Under the pieces are notes generated by a model. The model was not told the DNA's origin. It saw only the letters and a program-made list of their open reading frames with translations, and made no database searches. Source: an uncultured Bacilli bacterium (GTDB taxonomy: Bacteria; Bacillota_I; Bacilli_A; RFN20; CAG-826). From it: a DNA stretch of 64,000 bases. The number at the start of each line of letters is the position of its first letter. The first letter of the stretch is position 1. Below, one piece after another: positions 62,231 to 64,000 of the stretch. The stretch is taken from contig CAJOMQ010000001.1 of the NCBI GenBank assembly GCA_905236715.1, positions 7,211 to 71,210 of the forward strand, written 5' to 3'. The translations under genes were made by a program, and so were the position numbers.

Positions 62231-63329
62231 TCATCCCACCGCTTTATATATTCACATTCCTTTTTGTGAAACAATCTGCGATTACTGCGACTTTGCCAAG
62301 TTGCAGTATTTTCGTTTTTTTGCGGAAAAATACCTACAAAAATTAGAAGAAGAAATTAAAAGTTACAAAGTAAATAAAGATTTAAAGACCATCTATATCG
62401 GTGGTGGCACGCCCACCGCGTTAGAGGATGATTTATTCGCTAAACTTCTAGAAATGATTCATCCATACACGCAAAACATCAAAGAATATACTGTAGAAGC
62501 TAATCCCGAATCATTATCAATTAATAAATTAAGATTGATGAAAAAATATGGTGTGAACCGTTTATCCATCGGTGTGGAATCCACGAATGATGAAATATTA
62601 AAGGCCATTCATCGTCCGCATACCTTCGCGGATGTCAAAAAAGCGATTCTCAACGCCCAAAAAGAGGGATTTGATAATCTAAATGTCGATTTGATATTAG
62701 GTTTACCAAACGCCAGTAAAACACAATTAAAGAAAGATTTAGATAATTTATTATCTCTACCAATCACGCATATTTCTTGCTATTCATTAACTGTCCACCC
62801 AAACACTAATTTTTATATTAAGGGTGTGAAAGAAATGGAAAGTGATATCGAAAGAGAATTATATGACATCGTGGAAGAGAGATTAAGTCAAGAAGGATTC
62901 ATCCATTATGAAATTAGCAATTGGTGTCGCCCAGGACATCAGAGTCTTCATAATGATACCTATTGGCGGGATGAACAATATTATGGTGTCGGCCTTGGTG
63001 CTTCGGGTTATATCAATAATATTCGTTATACGAATACACGTAGCATAAATGAATATTTAAATGGTGTGACCATTAAAGAAAAAGAAAGAGTGACCCCTGA
63101 TGATGATAAAGAATATTTTATTATGCTTAATCTCCGCACCAATCACGGGGTTAATCTGGAAGATTATCAAAAACGTTTCCATGAAGATTTTTATCAAATC
63201 TATCAAGAAAAAATTAATAAGAATATCGCTAACGGGAAGATGATTTATGACAAAAAGAGGGGAAATATCTATCTTTCTTATGAAGGAATGATGATTCTTG
63301 ATACAATACTTTTGGAGTTATTCGCCTAA
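62223..63329 (+). CDS. hemW: Radical SAM heme chaperone HemW (HemN-like, oxygen-independent coproporphyrinogen oxidase family)
   Basis: The ATG at 62223 gives MNNHPTALYIHIPFCETICDYCDF (CxxxCxxC). Conserved position upstream of hrcA. Confidence 0.9.
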   Translation: MNNHPTALYIHIPFCETICDYCDFAKLQYFRFFAEKYLQKLEEEIKSYKVNKDLKTIYIGGGTPTALEDDLFAKLLEMIHPYTQNIKEYTVEANPESLSINKLRLMKKYGVNRLSIGVESTNDEILKAIHRPHTFADVKKAILNAQKEGFDNLNVDLILGLPNASKTQLKKDLDNLLSLPITHISCYSLTVHPNTNFYIKGVKEMESDIERELYDIVEERLSQEGFIHYEISNWCRPGHQSLHNDTYWRDEQYYGVGLGASGYINNIRYTNTRSINEYLNGVTIKEKERVTPDDDKEYFIMLNLRTNHGVNLEDYQKRFHEDFYQIYQEKINKNIANGKMIYDKKRGNIYLSYEGMMILDTILLELFA

Positions 63330-63736
63330 TGGAAATTGTCTCGTTAGCTAAAAGAGTATGGATTTATGTCATTAGTCTCCTTTTTTATACCGCTTCCGGT
63401 TTTGCGAGCGCTCTTCCTTTCTTATTAATAGAAAATATTTATATTTGGTTATACATTCTCATCGGTATTGGCTTTTCTTTAGCCGCGAGTATCATTTTAA
63501 ATTTCTTCATTTTAATAGCCAGTGGTGGATATACCATCATTTCATTTCTGTTTTCCGTGAAAATCGTCGGCGTGGAAGAACAAAGAATTACCCCTAAGCA
63601 AGCCCTTATACGCGCTTTTAACGCGAGTGTCATCTTCTTTTTAATCGCGGATCTCATTTATCTCATTTCCCATCACACAGAACGCAGTATTATTGACCGT
63701 TTAAGTGACACATTTATGGTGGATATGAGGCGATAA
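63329..63736 (+). CDS. RDD-family-like small membrane protein
   Basis: 135 aa with 3 TM segments. The C-terminal IIDRLSDTFMVD resembles the RDD-family ending. Its start overlaps the hemW stop. Confidence 0.45.
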   Translation: MEIVSLAKRVWIYVISLLFYTASGFASALPFLLIENIYIWLYILIGIGFSLAASIILNFFILIASGGYTIISFLFSVKIVGVEEQRITPKQALIRAFNASVIFFLIADLIYLISHHTERSIIDRLSDTFMVDMRR

Positions 63737-63749
63737 CGCCTCTTTTTTT
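63727..63749 (+). terminator. Intrinsic terminator with the stop codon in the loop
   Basis: gaggcg-ataa-cgcctc followed by TTTTTTT. Confidence 0.8.
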
Positions 63750-63787
63750 CTCGTTTTACTATGTAATTATTTTTATTTTGCACAAAA

Positions 63788-63814
63788 TTAGCAAATAATG
63801 CTTGCAAGTGCTAA
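63788..63814 (+). promoter_or_regulatory. CIRCE-like operator 1 (imperfect)
   Basis: TTAGCAAAT-N9-AAGTGCTAA, compared with the consensus TTAGCACTC-N9-GAGTGCTAA. It overlaps the -35. Confidence 0.55.
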
Positions 63815-63829
63815 CAAAAAAATTATAAT
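63802..63829 (+). promoter_or_regulatory. Candidate hrcA promoter
   Basis: TTGCAA (63802-63807), 16 nt, then TATAAT (63824-63829). Confidence 0.55.
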
Positions 63830-63833
63830 GTAA

Positions 63834-63860
63834 TTAGCAATCCGAAGATAGGAGTGCTAA
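63834..63860 (+). promoter_or_regulatory. CIRCE operator 2
   Basis: TTAGCAATC-N9-GAGTGCTAA, one mismatch to the consensus. It lies between the -10 and the hrcA SD. Confidence 0.85.
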
Positions 63861-63874
63861 AAAGGAGGTAAAAC

Positions 63875-64000
63875 ATGAAACTAAATCGCAGCGATACCAT
63901 TCTTAAATATATCGTAGAATATTTCATTAAAACGGCGCAGCCAGTCGGTAGCCAAACCCTCATTGATGAATATCATCTCCCCTATAGCAGTGCGACGATT
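63875..64000 (+). CDS. hrcA: Heat-inducible transcription repressor HrcA (5' part, truncated by the window end)
   Basis: MKLNRSDTILKYIVEYFIKTAQPVGSQTLIDEYHLPYSSATI matches the HrcA N-terminal wHTH (PVGS...SSATIRN). An aaggagg SD lies upstream. Confidence 0.9.
   Translation, partial: MKLNRSDTILKYIVEYFIKTAQPVGSQTLIDEYHLPYSSATI

Noticed and set aside
22651-63657. The remaining short embedded ORFs in the track. Examples: 22651-22836, 24387-24773, 26182-26493, 28132-28395, 30369-30659, 33055-33300, 33423-33683, 35723-35947, 39395-39736, 45261-45488, 46839-47087, 47306-47533, 47573-47902, 48157-48447, 51491-51784, 52712-52954, 54804-54998, 56899-57099, 61345-61545, 61506-61754, 63439-63657.
   Set aside because: Same reasoning. 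All lie inside confidently identified CDSs, and none shows independent coding evidence.
1-64000. Alternative genetic code (TGA=Trp, Mollicutes code 4).
   Set aside because: TGA terminates ORFs at family-appropriate lengths (122-124, and 49205-49207 at the end of comEA). All conserved proteins are full length under code 11, and Trp positions use TGG.

Overview
This is a 64-kb, AT-rich chromosomal window that reads well with the standard genetic code. TGA acts as a stop at 122-124 and 49205-49207, and full-length homologues appear without TGA read-through. Gene content and order look like a low-GC Bacillota or wall-less Mycoplasmatota-like organism (Acholeplasma- or Erysipelotrichia-like). That lineage call is inference from Cys-lipobox lipoproteins, Bacillus-type synteny and many apparently leaderless genes. 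Most of the window is housekeeping on the + strand, in these blocks: rimP-nusA-infB-rbfA ... truB-ribF-rpsO-pnp; cls; a 3-gene glycerol-3-phosphate-dehydrogenase-like cluster; rnj; ftsK; pulA; plsC; pdp; rarA-dtd-mnmA; T-box-alaS-ruvX-DUF1292; a split chrA pair; greA; comEA-comEC-holA; rpsT; fmt; lepA ... hemW-RDD-CIRCE-hrcA. I found no rRNA, tRNA, CRISPR array, transposase, integrase or obvious prophage. The most unusual locus is a ~6.4-kb block (11545-17990) that interrupts the normally contiguous rbfA-truB linkage. It holds a two-gene partner-switching-like module. The first gene encodes a 962-aa membrane sensor carrying both a PP2C/SpoIIE phosphatase and an RsbW/SpoIIAB-type kinase domain. 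The second encodes a STAS (anti-sigma-antagonist) domain fused to an apparently catalytically intact APH/protein-kinase-like phosphotransferase. No sigma factor is nearby. The block also holds a TtcA-like PP-loop/GNAT fusion and an Mbeg1-like hydrolase. Other items worth a second look are listed here.
- A pseudo-Fic protein with an ablated catalytic motif lies between lepA and hemW.
- A PD-(D/E)XK nuclease is fused to an XPD/DinG Fe-S helicase.
- A stand-alone adenylation-carrier didomain protein is present.
- The RNase J has a degenerate HxHxDH motif.
- A giant acidic repeat lipoprotein is present.
- Several genes share a recurrent TAnAAT-N6/7-ATG arrangement without a Shine-Dalgarno, which suggests leaderless mRNAs.
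- Several cis-elements are present: a rimP-nusA leader terminator, an rpsO leader, the alaS T-box and tandem CIRCE sites.
All domain calls come from motif recognition by eye, not from database searches.
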